Source: an uncultured Actinomycetota bacterium
GTDB taxonomy: Bacteria > Actinomycetota > Actinomycetes > Actinomycetales > CAWJMD01
Length of the DNA: 64,000 nt
Direction: 5' to 3'
Assembly: GCA_963700925.1 (NCBI GenBank)
Contig: OY969553.1
Span: 2,252,459-2,316,458, forward strand
Shown one piece after another: positions 1 through 8,191 of the stretch. Within the stretch, counting starts at the first letter, position 1, and each line of letters starts with the position of its first letter. Position numbers and translations under genes: made by a program. Under the pieces are notes generated by a model, which was given only the letters and a program-made list of their open reading frames with translations, did no database searches and was not told where the DNA came from.

Positions 1-80
1 ACGTGGCCAACTACCTGGTGTCGATGTTGCCCTGGGCGTGTGGTGGTGAGGCGGTGCCGGAGGAGGGCCAGAACGGGTGA
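1..80 (+). CDS. 3' end of an unidentified protein (partial, continues upstream of the window)
   Basis: Frame 3 is open from the window edge to TGA at 78-80, with strongly G/C-biased third codon positions (VANYLVSMLPWACGGEAVPEEGQNG*). Too short to name. Confidence 0.35.
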   Translation, partial: VANYLVSMLPWACGGEAVPEEGQNG

Positions 81-410
81 AGGTCGCTGCACGTGGCGCC
101 TACCGCATGATGCTCAGGGCGCGCGTCGGTTTCGCGGTTCCACCTCGCCCGTGGCCGTCGACGCCGCCGGAGGCGTCGCCGTGTTCTACGAGGTGCACGA
201 CGAGTACTGGGCCACGTCAGTGGGGGCAAGCTGCGCGCGGTCCATCTGTTCGACGGCGAGCAGGCGGTACTCGTCCTCTCCGACTCAGTGGTGATGCTCG
301 GCGGCGGGTGAGGCCACCGTGCGCTGCTGACCGATAGTCGGACCGACGAAGGGCCCATTGCTCCCACAACGGTCAAAGGCTACGGTCTAGTAACTTTCCC
401 GCCGGACACT

Positions 411-3227
411 GTGGATGAGGTGGCGAGCGTGGGCCGAGACGTCAGCAGTCAGCCACGCCGCGCGTCCTCGCCTCGCCTCGTGGGCCGCGCCGGCCTCCTG
501 GCGAGGCTGGAGCAGGCGCTGACCGCCGACCTCGGTGTGCTGCTGACCGGCCCGAACGGGATCGGCAAGTCGTCCGTGCTCGACGCGGTCGCCGCGTCGG
601 CCCGTACGCGCGGCGAGGCGGTGCTGCGCGTCTGTGGCGTCGAGGCCGAGCGGTGGATCGCGGGTACGGCGGCGGGCGACCTGGTCGACCAGGTGCCCGC
701 AGGTCTGCTCACGACCCTGTCACCGGCAGAGCGGGCTGCCCTCCGTGGCGACCCCCTGCGCGACCCGGCGACGGGCGGCCGAGCCTGGTGCACGCTGCTG
801 CGCATCTGGGCCGGTCAGACCCCCGTCCTGCTGCTGGTCGACGACGCGCAGTGGGTGGACTCCACTTCAGCCGACCTGCTCGGGTTCGCGGTCAGGCGGC
901 TTGCCGGACGTGGGGTCCACGTCGTCGTCGCCGGACGCTGGGCGGCCGAGCCACGAACGATCCCCGTCCTCCCGTCGCCCTCGACGTGGCTGGAGGTGCC
1001 CGCGCTCTCCGCCGACGAGCTGGCCACCCTGCTCGACCTGCACGGGCTTCCGGCGCGAACCGCCAGCAAGATCCACCTCGACTCCGCCGGCAACCCGTTC
1101 CTCGCCCTCGCCCTGGCCGGGGCGTTCGTCGACCACAGCCCTGAGGGCCAGCGACCAGAACCGTTGCCCCCCAGCATCTCTGGGTTGATCCGGTCACGCA
1201 TGGGCACCGTCTCGCGCGACGTGCGCGAGACGCTGCTGCTGTGCGCACTGGCCAACGCGCCGACCCTACAACTGCTGCTGAGGGCCGGACGGGTGGACGC
1301 CGCGGAGCATCTGCGAGCGGCGGAACAGGCCGGCCTGGTGGTGACCGAGAACGGCCTGATCAGGTTCACACCGGCCAGCGCTGCGCGCGTCGTCGCCGCA
1401 CAGGCGACCGGCTCGCGGCGTGCCGAGGTGCACACCCTGCTGGCCGACGTGGTCACGTGCGACGCGCAGCGCGAGCGCCACCGGGCGCTGGCGACCGCGC
1501 ACCCGGACGGGCCCTTCGCTCGGTCGCTGGCGGCCGCGGCCGGCGTCGCGCTGCGCCGAGGTGCGCGCGACCTGGCGTCGGAGCTCTACGTTCTGGCGGC
1601 CGACCACGCACCGGGCGACCACGCCCGGGAGCGGTTGCAGTGGCTCGTGGCGGCCGCCGAGGTCGGCTCGATGGCGGGGCAGGACGACATCGTTCACCGC
1701 GCCACCGACGCCGTGCTGGCCGCCGACTCCGCGCCGTCTCATCGCGTCGCCGTCCGGCTCGCCCTGGTGCAGCTCGCCAGCCAGGGCGCCGTCCACATGC
1801 AGGAGACGCTCGCCGCCGCCCGGCAGGACGCCGCGGACGATCCAGGGCTGCTGGCCACGGTGAGGCTGTGGCAGTCGGGGGTGGCGGCGATGGCTGGCCA
1901 TCCCGCGGAGGCCCTGAGGGAAGCCGACGCGGTGATCGAGCTGTCGCAGCGTGTGGGTGACACGAGCACTGAAGCGATGGCGTGGTCGGTCAGCGCCCTC
2001 ACGGCCCGTCAGCTGGGCCGCGACGACCATGCCGACCGGCTCGCTCGTGGCCTCGCCCTCCCGCATCCGCAGATGGACGGCTGGCTCCACCTCACCCCAC
2101 GTTTCCGGGCGGCGCGGCTGGCCCTCACCGAGGACCGCCTCGACGAGGCGCGCCGTGACCTGCTGGGGATGCTCGCGCTGGTCGAGAGGGGGGCACCCGA
2201 AGAGCTCGTCGGCGTGATGGGGGCGCTGACCGAGGTGGCGGCGCGCGCGGGCCGGTGCCGCGAGGCGCTCGACTACGCGCAGCGTTCCATCCGGGTCTCT
2301 GCCGATGCCGGCCTGAGTCCAGGACCCAGCTGGTACTTCGGCGCTGTCGCGGAGCTGGCCGGCGGCACGCTCGAGAAGGGGATCGCCTACGCCGGGCGCG
2401 GTGTCGTCGCCTCGGAGCAGGAGGGTGACCGGATCTACCTGCGGCACAACCTGCACGCTCTCGGCCACGCGCAGCGGCGACTGGGCCAGGCGCCCGAGGC
2501 TGCCGCGACCCTGCGGCGGGTGCAGGCCCTCGAGAACGAGAGCGGCATCTGCGACCCCGCGAACCTGCGGTGGAACAGCGACCTGGTCGCCGCCCTTGCA
2601 GCCTCGGGCCGGACCGGCGAGGCGCAGCAAGCGCTGGACGAGGCGCGCACAGCCGTGAGGGTCAGGGGGGCGGGCATCGCCGTCGGCGCACAGCTCGACC
2701 GTTCCGGTGCCCTGCTGCTGGCCGCAGCTGGGGAGCCCGCCGCCGCGCTGGAGGCGTTGGCCGCAGCGGCCCTGACGTTCGAGGCGCTGGGTGAGCCGAT
2801 CGAGCGCGGCCACTGCCTGCTCGTACAGGCCCAGGTCGAGCGCCAGCGGCGGAGGTCCTCGGCGGCCCGCGCGAGCCTGAACGCGGCCCAGGGCCTCTTC
2901 GAGCGCGCAGCCGCGAGGCCGTGGGTCGACCAGTGCACCCGGGCGCTCTCGCAGCTCGACGGATCGGCGGCGGAGTCACGCCCGGTCGCAGGGACCGGAC
3001 CCGACCCGTCCGGGCTCACGGGTTCGGACGGGTCTGCGGTCACCGAGCTCACCGCGACCGAGAGCCGCATCGCGGCGCTCGTGGCCGACGGCGCGAGCAA
3101 CCGCGAGATCGCCGTCCAGCTGTACCTGAGTGTCAAGACGGTCGAGGCCACCCTGACTCGCGTCTACCGCAAGCTGGGCGTGCGCTCGCGCACGCAACTG
3201 AGCCGCCGGCTGGCGTCCGCGCGGTAA
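411..3227 (+). CDS. Large ATP-binding LuxR-family transcriptional regulator (LAL/MalT-like, STAND-type)
   Basis: 938-aa ORF with an N-terminal P-loop (GPNGIGKSS) and Walker-B-like LLLVDDAQW. The middle is long and helical-repeat-like. The C-terminus is a LuxR HTH (TESRIAALVADGASNREIAVQLYLSVKTVEATLTRVYRKLGV). Confidence 0.9.
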   Translation: MDEVASVGRDVSSQPRRASSPRLVGRAGLLARLEQALTADLGVLLTGPNGIGKSSVLDAVAASARTRGEAVLRVCGVEAERWIAGTAAGDLVDQVPAGLLTTLSPAERAALRGDPLRDPATGGRAWCTLLRIWAGQTPVLLLVDDAQWVDSTSADLLGFAVRRLAGRGVHVVVAGRWAAEPRTIPVLPSPSTWLEVPALSADELATLLDLHGLPARTASKIHLDSAGNPFLALALAGAFVDHSPEGQRPEPLPPSISGLIRSRMGTVSRDVRETLLLCALANAPTLQLLLRAGRVDAAEHLRAAEQAGLVVTENGLIRFTPASAARVVAAQATGSRRAEVHTLLADVVTCDAQRERHRALATAHPDGPFARSLAAAAGVALRRGARDLASELYVLAADHAPGDHARERLQWLVAAAEVGSMAGQDDIVHRATDAVLAADSAPSHRVAVRLALVQLASQGAVHMQETLAAARQDAADDPGLLATVRLWQSGVAAMAGHPAEALREADAVIELSQRVGDTSTEAMAWSVSALTARQLGRDDHADRLARGLALPHPQMDGWLHLTPRFRAARLALTEDRLDEARRDLLGMLALVERGAPEELVGVMGALTEVAARAGRCREALDYAQRSIRVSADAGLSPGPSWYFGAVAELAGGTLEKGIAYAGRGVVASEQEGDRIYLRHNLHALGHAQRRLGQAPEAAATLRRVQALENESGICDPANLRWNSDLVAALAASGRTGEAQQALDEARTAVRVRGAGIAVGAQLDRSGALLLAAAGEPAAALEALAAAALTFEALGEPIERGHCLLVQAQVERQRRRSSAARASLNAAQGLFERAAARPWVDQCTRALSQLDGSAAESRPVAGTGPDPSGLTGSDGSAVTELTATESRIAALVADGASNREIAVQLYLSVKTVEATLTRVYRKLGVRSRTQLSRRLASAR

Positions 3228-3263
3228 GCCGTCGGGAGAGCCGTCAGGAGGGCCGTCAGGAGT
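3228..3263. repeat. 3 x 12-nt tandem repeat (gccgtcgggaga / gccgtcaggagg / gccgtcaggagt)
   Basis: Read directly. It fills the gap between the convergent LuxR and SSI-like genes. The third unit contains the SSI-like stop codon (complement of tca at 3256-3258). Confidence 0.8.
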
Positions 3264-3786
3264 CGACGCCGGCCACCGGACCGAACAGCGCCGACATGGC
3301 CTCCCAGCGGCCGATCTCGCACCCGTCGGTGCGCGAGAAGGTCGCGGTCACCGGCTCACCGTTCAGCGTCCCGGTGACGCTCGCTGTCTGAGGGCCGCCG
3401 TACTGCTCGGTGCACATCTGGTTCTTGGGGGGCGGACCGAAGGCCTCTGCGCCGGACGTGGCGACAGCGGCGCACGCGCCCTTCGCGTCGGGGTGGTCGC
3501 CGCCCTCCGGCAGGCACGTCAGCGCGTAGGTCGAGGTGGTCCCGTTGCCGTCGTCGACCTTGACCGTCAGGTCGGCCGGGACCGGTTCGCCGGCCGGCGC
3601 CGTCGGGGTCGCGGTACCTGTGTCGCCCGGCGAGCTGGTGACCGGCGTGTCCGGGTCGGTGGTGCCACCTGCGCCGGGCGGGCTGGTCACCGGATCGTCC
3701 GCGCACGCCCCGAGGGCGAAGACCCCGGCGACGGCCAGGGCCAGGGCCGCGGTGCGCCTGAGCGGGTGGGTGATCAGCTGACTCAT
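3256..3786 (-). CDS. Subtilisin-inhibitor-like (SSI family) lipoprotein
   Basis: Start ATG at complement 3784-3786, preceded by GGAGGAG. Signal peptide with lipobox (VFALGAC). The mature part carries conserved Cys pairs and an SSI-like core (YALTCLPEGGDHPDAKGACAAV...TASVTGTLNGEPV). The 344-aa track ORF is an Arg-rich upstream extension, which I reject. Confidence 0.7.
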   Translation of the reverse strand: MSQLITHPLRRTAALALAVAGVFALGACADDPVTSPPGAGGTTDPDTPVTSSPGDTGTATPTAPAGEPVPADLTVKVDDGNGTTSTYALTCLPEGGDHPDAKGACAAVATSGAEAFGPPPKNQMCTEQYGGPQTASVTGTLNGEPVTATFSRTDGCEIGRWEAMSALFGPVAGVDS

Positions 3787-3902
3787 CAGTGACTCCTCCT
3801 CGGTGCTTGAACGGGGTGTGCTGAAGTGCACTCGGCTGCTTGGACGGGCGCGGGCAGGCGGCGGTTCCCGCGCCGGGTGCCCTACATGACACCATTCCAG
3901 GC

Positions 3903-4259
3903 ATGTCCTACGGATCCGACCTCGGTGGGCCCCAGGTGCCCACGACGTCCGTGCCCGCCCTGCCTGAGCCCGTGCCCGGCACGCTGCTCGACGTCCGCGA
4001 GATCGACGAGTGGCAGGCCGGCCGCGCGGTCGGAGCCGTGCACATCCCGATGAGCGAAGTGCAGGCCCGGTTAAGCGAGATCGACCTGGACGAGCCGGTG
4101 TACGTGATCTGCCGCAGTGGCGTCCGCTCTGCCAGGGTGGCGGCCTGGCTGAACGAGATCGGCGGCGACGCCTGGAACGTCGCCGGCGGCACCCTCGCCT
4201 GGCTGCAAGCAGACCGCCCGATGGAGGCCGACGGCGACGGCGAGCCCTTCGTCCGCTGA
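3903..4259 (+). CDS. Rhodanese-like domain protein (sulfurtransferase)
   Basis: Single rhodanese fold: LLDVREIDEWQAGRAVGAVHIP...VYVICRSGVRSARVAAWL with the active-site loop CRSGVRS. ATG 3903 is preferred over the TTG at 3840. Confidence 0.8.
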   Translation: MSYGSDLGGPQVPTTSVPALPEPVPGTLLDVREIDEWQAGRAVGAVHIPMSEVQARLSEIDLDEPVYVICRSGVRSARVAAWLNEIGGDAWNVAGGTLAWLQADRPMEADGDGEPFVR

Positions 4260-4290
4260 GCACTGCCGGCTTTCTGCCCTTCCGACGCAA

Positions 4291-4363
4291 GCCTCGTTAA
4301 CGAGGCCGACTCACCGTTCACGAGGCTCGCAAGCCTCGTGAAGGTATGCGGAGCCTCGTGAAG
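4291..4363. repeat. Cluster of GCCTCGT/ACGAGGC palindromes and hairpins
   Basis: Perfect 16-bp palindrome GCCTCGTTAACGAGGC (4291-4306). Perfect 11-bp stem TTCACGAGGCT/AGCCTCGTGAA with loop CGCA (4317-4342). Direct repeat AGCCTCGTGAAG at 4332-4343 and 4352-4363. Confidence 0.85.
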
Positions 4364-4441
4364 TAGGGACCGGAGCGCGACACGATCACCGAGTCTGCCG
4401 CAATCTCGGCTGGACGCTAGAGACCGCGATACGGTCCGATC

Positions 4442-5641
4442 GTGGACCCCGTGCGCAACCCCTACGCCCCCGGTGCCGGCCAGCGCCCGCCCGAGCTGGC
4501 CGGCCGCGACCGTGAGGTCGACGCCTTCGACGTCGTGCTCGAGCGAGTGTCGCGCGGACGGCCGGAGCGCTCGCTGGTGCTGACCGGCCTGCGCGGTGTC
4601 GGCAAGACGGTGCTGCTCAACACGCTCCGATCAGCGGCGGTGCGCCGCGGATGGGGCACCGGCAAGCTCGAGGCGCGACCCGATGTGCCGTTGCGACGCC
4701 CGCTCGCCGCCGCCCTTCACCTGGCCGTGCGCGAGCTCTCGGGACGTCATGCCGGCGCGGCCGACGAGGTGCTCGGGGTGGTCAAGTCGTTCGCCCTGCG
4801 CTCGGCACCCGGCGGCAACAGCGCGAAGCTGCGCGACCGCTGGCAGCCCGGCATCGACGTGCCCGCGGCCGTCGGCCGGGCTGACTCCGGCGACATCGAG
4901 ATCGACCTGGTCGAGCTCCTCTCCGACGTCGCAGGCCTCGCCGCCGACGCGGGCAAGGGCGTCGCGATCTGCATCGACGAGATGCAGGACCTGATGCCGG
5001 CCGACGTCTCGGCGCTCTGCGCGGCCTGCCACGAACTGAGCCAGCAGAGCCTGCCGCTGATCGTCGTCGGTGCCGGACTGCCGCACCTGCCGGCGGTGCT
5101 TTCGGCGTCAAAGTCATACAGCGAGAGGCTGTTTCGATACACACGTATCGACCGCCTGGACCGCGAGCAAGCCGACCGGGCGCTGGTGGCGCCCGCCGAG
5201 GAGGAGGGTGCTGCGTTCGCCCCCGATGCACTGGAAGCGCTCTACCGCGCCACCGATGGCTACCCGTACTTCGTGCAGGCGTACGGCAAGGTCGCGTGGG
5301 ACGTGGCCCCCGCGTCCCCGATCACCGCCGAAGATGTGGCCGTCGCCGCTCCGGACGCGGAGGCCGAGCTCGCGGTCGGGTTCTTCGGGTCCCGGTACGA
5401 GCGGGCGACCCCTGCCGAGCGCGAGTACATGCGCGCGATGGCCGACCTCGGGGTCGACCTCGGTGACGGCCCGGTGCCGACGGCCGAGGTGGCAAAAACG
5501 TTGAGCCGCAAGCCACAGTCGCTGTCGCCGGCTCGCGACGCCTTGTTGAAGAAGGGCCTCGTCTGGTCGGGCGAGCGTGGCCACATCGCCTTCACCGTGC
5601 CGCACTTCGGGCGCTACCTGCGGTCGTCCGCCCCCGACTGA
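4442..5641 (+). CDS. ORC/Cdc6-like AAA ATPase with probable C-terminal winged-helix domain (orphan ATP-binding protein)
   Basis: GTG start. Walker A GLRGVGKTVLLN and Walker B VAICIDEMQDL. The C-terminal 80 aa looks wHTH-like (PTAEVAKTLSRKPQSLSPARDALLKKGLV). Confidence 0.75.
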   Translation: MDPVRNPYAPGAGQRPPELAGRDREVDAFDVVLERVSRGRPERSLVLTGLRGVGKTVLLNTLRSAAVRRGWGTGKLEARPDVPLRRPLAAALHLAVRELSGRHAGAADEVLGVVKSFALRSAPGGNSAKLRDRWQPGIDVPAAVGRADSGDIEIDLVELLSDVAGLAADAGKGVAICIDEMQDLMPADVSALCAACHELSQQSLPLIVVGAGLPHLPAVLSASKSYSERLFRYTRIDRLDREQADRALVAPAEEEGAAFAPDALEALYRATDGYPYFVQAYGKVAWDVAPASPITAEDVAVAAPDAEAELAVGFFGSRYERATPAEREYMRAMADLGVDLGDGPVPTAEVAKTLSRKPQSLSPARDALLKKGLVWSGERGHIAFTVPHFGRYLRSSAPD

Positions 5642-5755
5642 AGGCAGCCAGCCGACGAACCACGTGTTGTTCTTCCACGGGCACGCCTCGAGATCTGGGC
5701 ATGCGCTGGTGAGCCCGTCCCAAACCTGACGAACAGCGCCTAGCCTGACCTGCCG

Positions 5756-5870
5756 ATACGGTTTACCGTATGAGTACCTGGTAGTACTATGCGGTTTACT
5801 GCATCGTCCTGCTCAAGAAACATGTATTGTACCGTATGAAGATGCCTATTCCTCATACGTTAAGCTGCAT
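5756..5870. promoter_or_regulatory. Four operator/iteron-like 16-bp boxes at exact 33-bp spacing upstream of the HTH gene
   Basis: Boxes: ATACGGTTTACCGTAT (5756), ATGCGGTTTACTGCAT (5789), ATGTATTGTACCGTAT (5822), ATACGTTAAGCTGCAT (5855). They lie in a locally AT-richer patch. The last box abuts the RBS AGGGAGGG and ATG 5887. Confidence 0.6.
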
Positions 5871-5886
5871 AGGGAGGGCTGACCTG

Positions 5887-6393
5887 ATGACCGATCGGGC
5901 TCGACTACAGGCACGCGCGCGAACGTCCCTGGACAACCGCTTCCCAGCGTGGCGGCAGCTTCCCGCCAAGGGTGCACGCCCCTCCGGCGGCTGGGTCCGC
6001 GCAATCCGCGAGGCGCTCGGCATGACAGCCGAAGATCTCGCCGAACGGATGGGTGTCTCTCAGCCCAGCCTCACGAGACTGGAGAAGTCCGAACGCAACG
6101 GGGGCGCCCGCCTCGACACGCTGATGCGTGCCGCAGACGCGCTCGAGTGCGACTTCGTCTACGCACTCGTCCCGCGACGACCCCTCGACGACATGGTCAC
6201 CGAGCAGGCACGGCGCCGCGCGCTCGAACGCGTGAGACAGGTGGCCCACACGATGGCCCTCGAAGACCAGGCAATAGCCGAAGACATGCTCGCAAAGCAG
6301 GTCGAGATCTGGACCGAGTTCTACCGAACCCGCCCCGGCCTGTGGCGCTCCAGCGAAGAACCAACATCAGCGGGGGCCCTAACCTCATCATGA
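5887..6393 (+). CDS. Mobile mystery protein A (XRE-type HTH)
   Basis: GGWVRAIREALGMTAEDLAERMGVSQPSLTRLEKSERNGGARLDTLMRAADALECDFVYALVP matches the HTH core of the mobile mystery protein A family as I recall it. It is paired with the Fic gene downstream. RBS GGAGGG lies 8 nt before ATG 5887. Confidence 0.8.
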   Translation: MTDRARLQARARTSLDNRFPAWRQLPAKGARPSGGWVRAIREALGMTAEDLAERMGVSQPSLTRLEKSERNGGARLDTLMRAADALECDFVYALVPRRPLDDMVTEQARRRALERVRQVAHTMALEDQAIAEDMLAKQVEIWTEFYRTRPGLWRSSEEPTSAGALTSS

Positions 6394-6491
6394 CGCTCGA
6401 CATGGTGGCCACTGGCATGGTCATGTTCACGACCACAAAGGTGGTCTTGAGCATCGGCGGCCTCCGCCGCGGCACTCCGGTCCGGAACTGA
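6390..6491 (+). CDS. Candidate small hydrophobic protein (33 aa; alternative GTG start at 6342 gives 49 aa)
   Basis: MTLDMVATGMVMFTTTKVVLSIGGLRRGTPVRN. Its ATG overlaps the upstream stop (ATGA) and its stop lies 3 nt before the Fic gene ATG. 30 of 33 codons end in G/C. It fills an otherwise 100-nt gap. Confidence 0.45.
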   Translation: MTLDMVATGMVMFTTTKVVLSIGGLRRGTPVRN

Positions 6492-6494
6492 CCG

Positions 6495-7088
6495 ATGGAC
6501 TGGGACGACCAGCCCGAGGGGGCCACGCCGCTGACCGAAGACCAACGCGACGGACTCAAGCCGTCCTGGGTCAGCACGATGGACGACCTCAACGAGGCTG
6601 AAGCAGAGAACATCCTTGCCGGCAGCACCAAGTGGTACGGGCGTCGGAACACCCTCGACTCCCTACTTGACGACAAGACCGTCCGCGATCTTCACCGCGA
6701 CATGCTCGAAGACGTCTGGACGTGGGCCGGGACCTACCGCCTCCGCGAGAGCAACATCGGCATCGACCCATCCCAGGTATCCATGGCAGTCCGTAACCTC
6801 GTCGAGAACGCCACGTACTGGTTCGCCGAGAACTCGAACATGGAAGTCGACCTAGCCGCGATCCGCTTCCACCACCAACTCGTGGTCATCCACCCCTTCC
6901 CCAACGGGAACGGCCGCCACTCCAGGCTTCTCACCGACTTGCTGCTCCGCGCGGTCCGCGCCCCCGCCTTCACCTGGGGCAGTCGCGACCTCATCGCAGC
7001 GAGCGAGACACGAACCATGTACATCGCCGCCCTACGCCAGGCGGATGGCGGCGACGACACCGCGCTACTGGAGTTCGTCCGTACCTAG
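6495..7088 (+). CDS. Mobile mystery protein B (Fic-domain protein)
   Basis: Canonical Fic motif HPFPNGNGRHSR. The N-terminal TPLTEDQRDGL...LNEAEAENI and WAGTYR...NIGIDP blocks are typical of this Fic subfamily. Confidence 0.88.
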   Translation: MDWDDQPEGATPLTEDQRDGLKPSWVSTMDDLNEAEAENILAGSTKWYGRRNTLDSLLDDKTVRDLHRDMLEDVWTWAGTYRLRESNIGIDPSQVSMAVRNLVENATYWFAENSNMEVDLAAIRFHHQLVVIHPFPNGNGRHSRLLTDLLLRAVRAPAFTWGSRDLIAASETRTMYIAALRQADGGDDTALLEFVRT

Positions 7089-7309
7089 CCAGGGGAGCGT
7101 GGCATCAGGCTCGACGGGGCGAGATGAACGCCCTCCCTCGGCACGAGCGGCCCCCTTGTCACGACTGCGCCTGTCGAGCCCGTCGCCGAACGTCCACAGC
7201 TCTGCGGGTTCGGGCGAATCTGGGAGGGTTGACTGACCGTGCCGGATGACAAACCTCACCGGCAAGGCCGCGGCTCGGAGCGTGCACCTATGCTCGAAGT
7301 CGGGGTGTC

Positions 7310-8173
7310 TCAGGACACCTGTCCCGCTCGCTCGAGCACGGTGTCGATCTCGGCCCGTTCGGCGGTGAGTCGGTCCATGTTCTGCGACACGACATCCTCC
7401 TCGACGCGGATGTTCTCGGCCCTCCAGATCTCGACCAGACGGCTCGACCCCTTGCAGTCCACGTCGGCAACTGCCGTGTCGCGCTCGGCCTGCGTCGGTT
7501 CTTCGTCCGGGAAGGAGATCTTCAGTGGATCCTCGTACTCGAAACCACGGTCGGCCATGCAGTCGCTCCACGCCCCGGTTGCTTCCACAACCGCTGCGGA
7601 GGACCGCGATGACTCCCATGCCTCGACGGCCAGGTCTGTGCCGAGGGTGAAGTGCGTGATCGCCTCTGCCGACCCGTAGAGCTCTTGGCGTGCGGATCCG
7701 ACGCACCCGCCAGGCGGGATGGCGACGCCGTCGCGCGTTGCAGAGCTCTTCGTCGGGTCGACCTCCTGCTTCGCAGGGTCGGAAACGCCCATCAGCACCA
7801 GGTTCTCGTCGGCGTCGAAGCTAGGCTCGGCGAGAGGCTTGGCAGCAGGGATCCGATACCCCCACTGCTCAGCCGCACGCGAGTCGGTGATCCCGTACAG
7901 CCGGGACGCGTCCACCCACTCGGCTTCCTCCATCAGTGCGAGGTCGGGTGCTGGAAGCCGCTCGGCCACACCGAACTCAGCCAAGCACGCGTTGGTCAGG
8001 TCGACCTCCGCACGGGCCATCTCGTAGCGGTCCGCCGCGCTGGGCCGGTACTCGTCGGTCGGCAGCGCCGCGGGTGGCGATGTGGTGGGCGGCGCCGGGG
8101 TGCCGCGGTCGGCGGGTGCGCTGCACCCGCCGACCACGGCCACCACTGCGAGAACGCTCAGAGCGGTCCGCAT
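7310..8173 (-). CDS. Hypothetical lipoprotein
   Basis: Signal peptide plus lipobox (AVVAVVGGCSAP). High GC3. It lies 18 nt downstream of the small secreted protein gene on the same strand. No recognisable catalytic motif. Confidence 0.7.
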   Translation of the reverse strand: MRTALSVLAVVAVVGGCSAPADRGTPAPPTTSPPAALPTDEYRPSAADRYEMARAEVDLTNACLAEFGVAERLPAPDLALMEEAEWVDASRLYGITDSRAAEQWGYRIPAAKPLAEPSFDADENLVLMGVSDPAKQEVDPTKSSATRDGVAIPPGGCVGSARQELYGSAEAITHFTLGTDLAVEAWESSRSSAAVVEATGAWSDCMADRGFEYEDPLKISFPDEEPTQAERDTAVADVDCKGSSRLVEIWRAENIRVEEDVVSQNMDRLTAERAEIDTVLERAGQVS

Positions 8174-8191
8174 GTGGGTGACGTCCTCAGC

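Noticed and set aside
40-376. Small overlapping ORFs (84, 86 and 121 aa) upstream of the LuxR gene
   Set aside because: No motifs, and both strands show similar GC3, which suggests frame-shadow effects. The 40-294 frame has a coding-like stretch (VAVDAAGGVAVFYEVHDEYW), but I cannot support a gene call. It may be a remnant.
3787-4290. Upstream 168-codon extension of the SSI-like ORF (344-aa track entry)
   Set aside because: It is extremely Arg-rich and antisense to the rhodanese gene. A strong RBS plus a signal peptide define the internal start at 3786.
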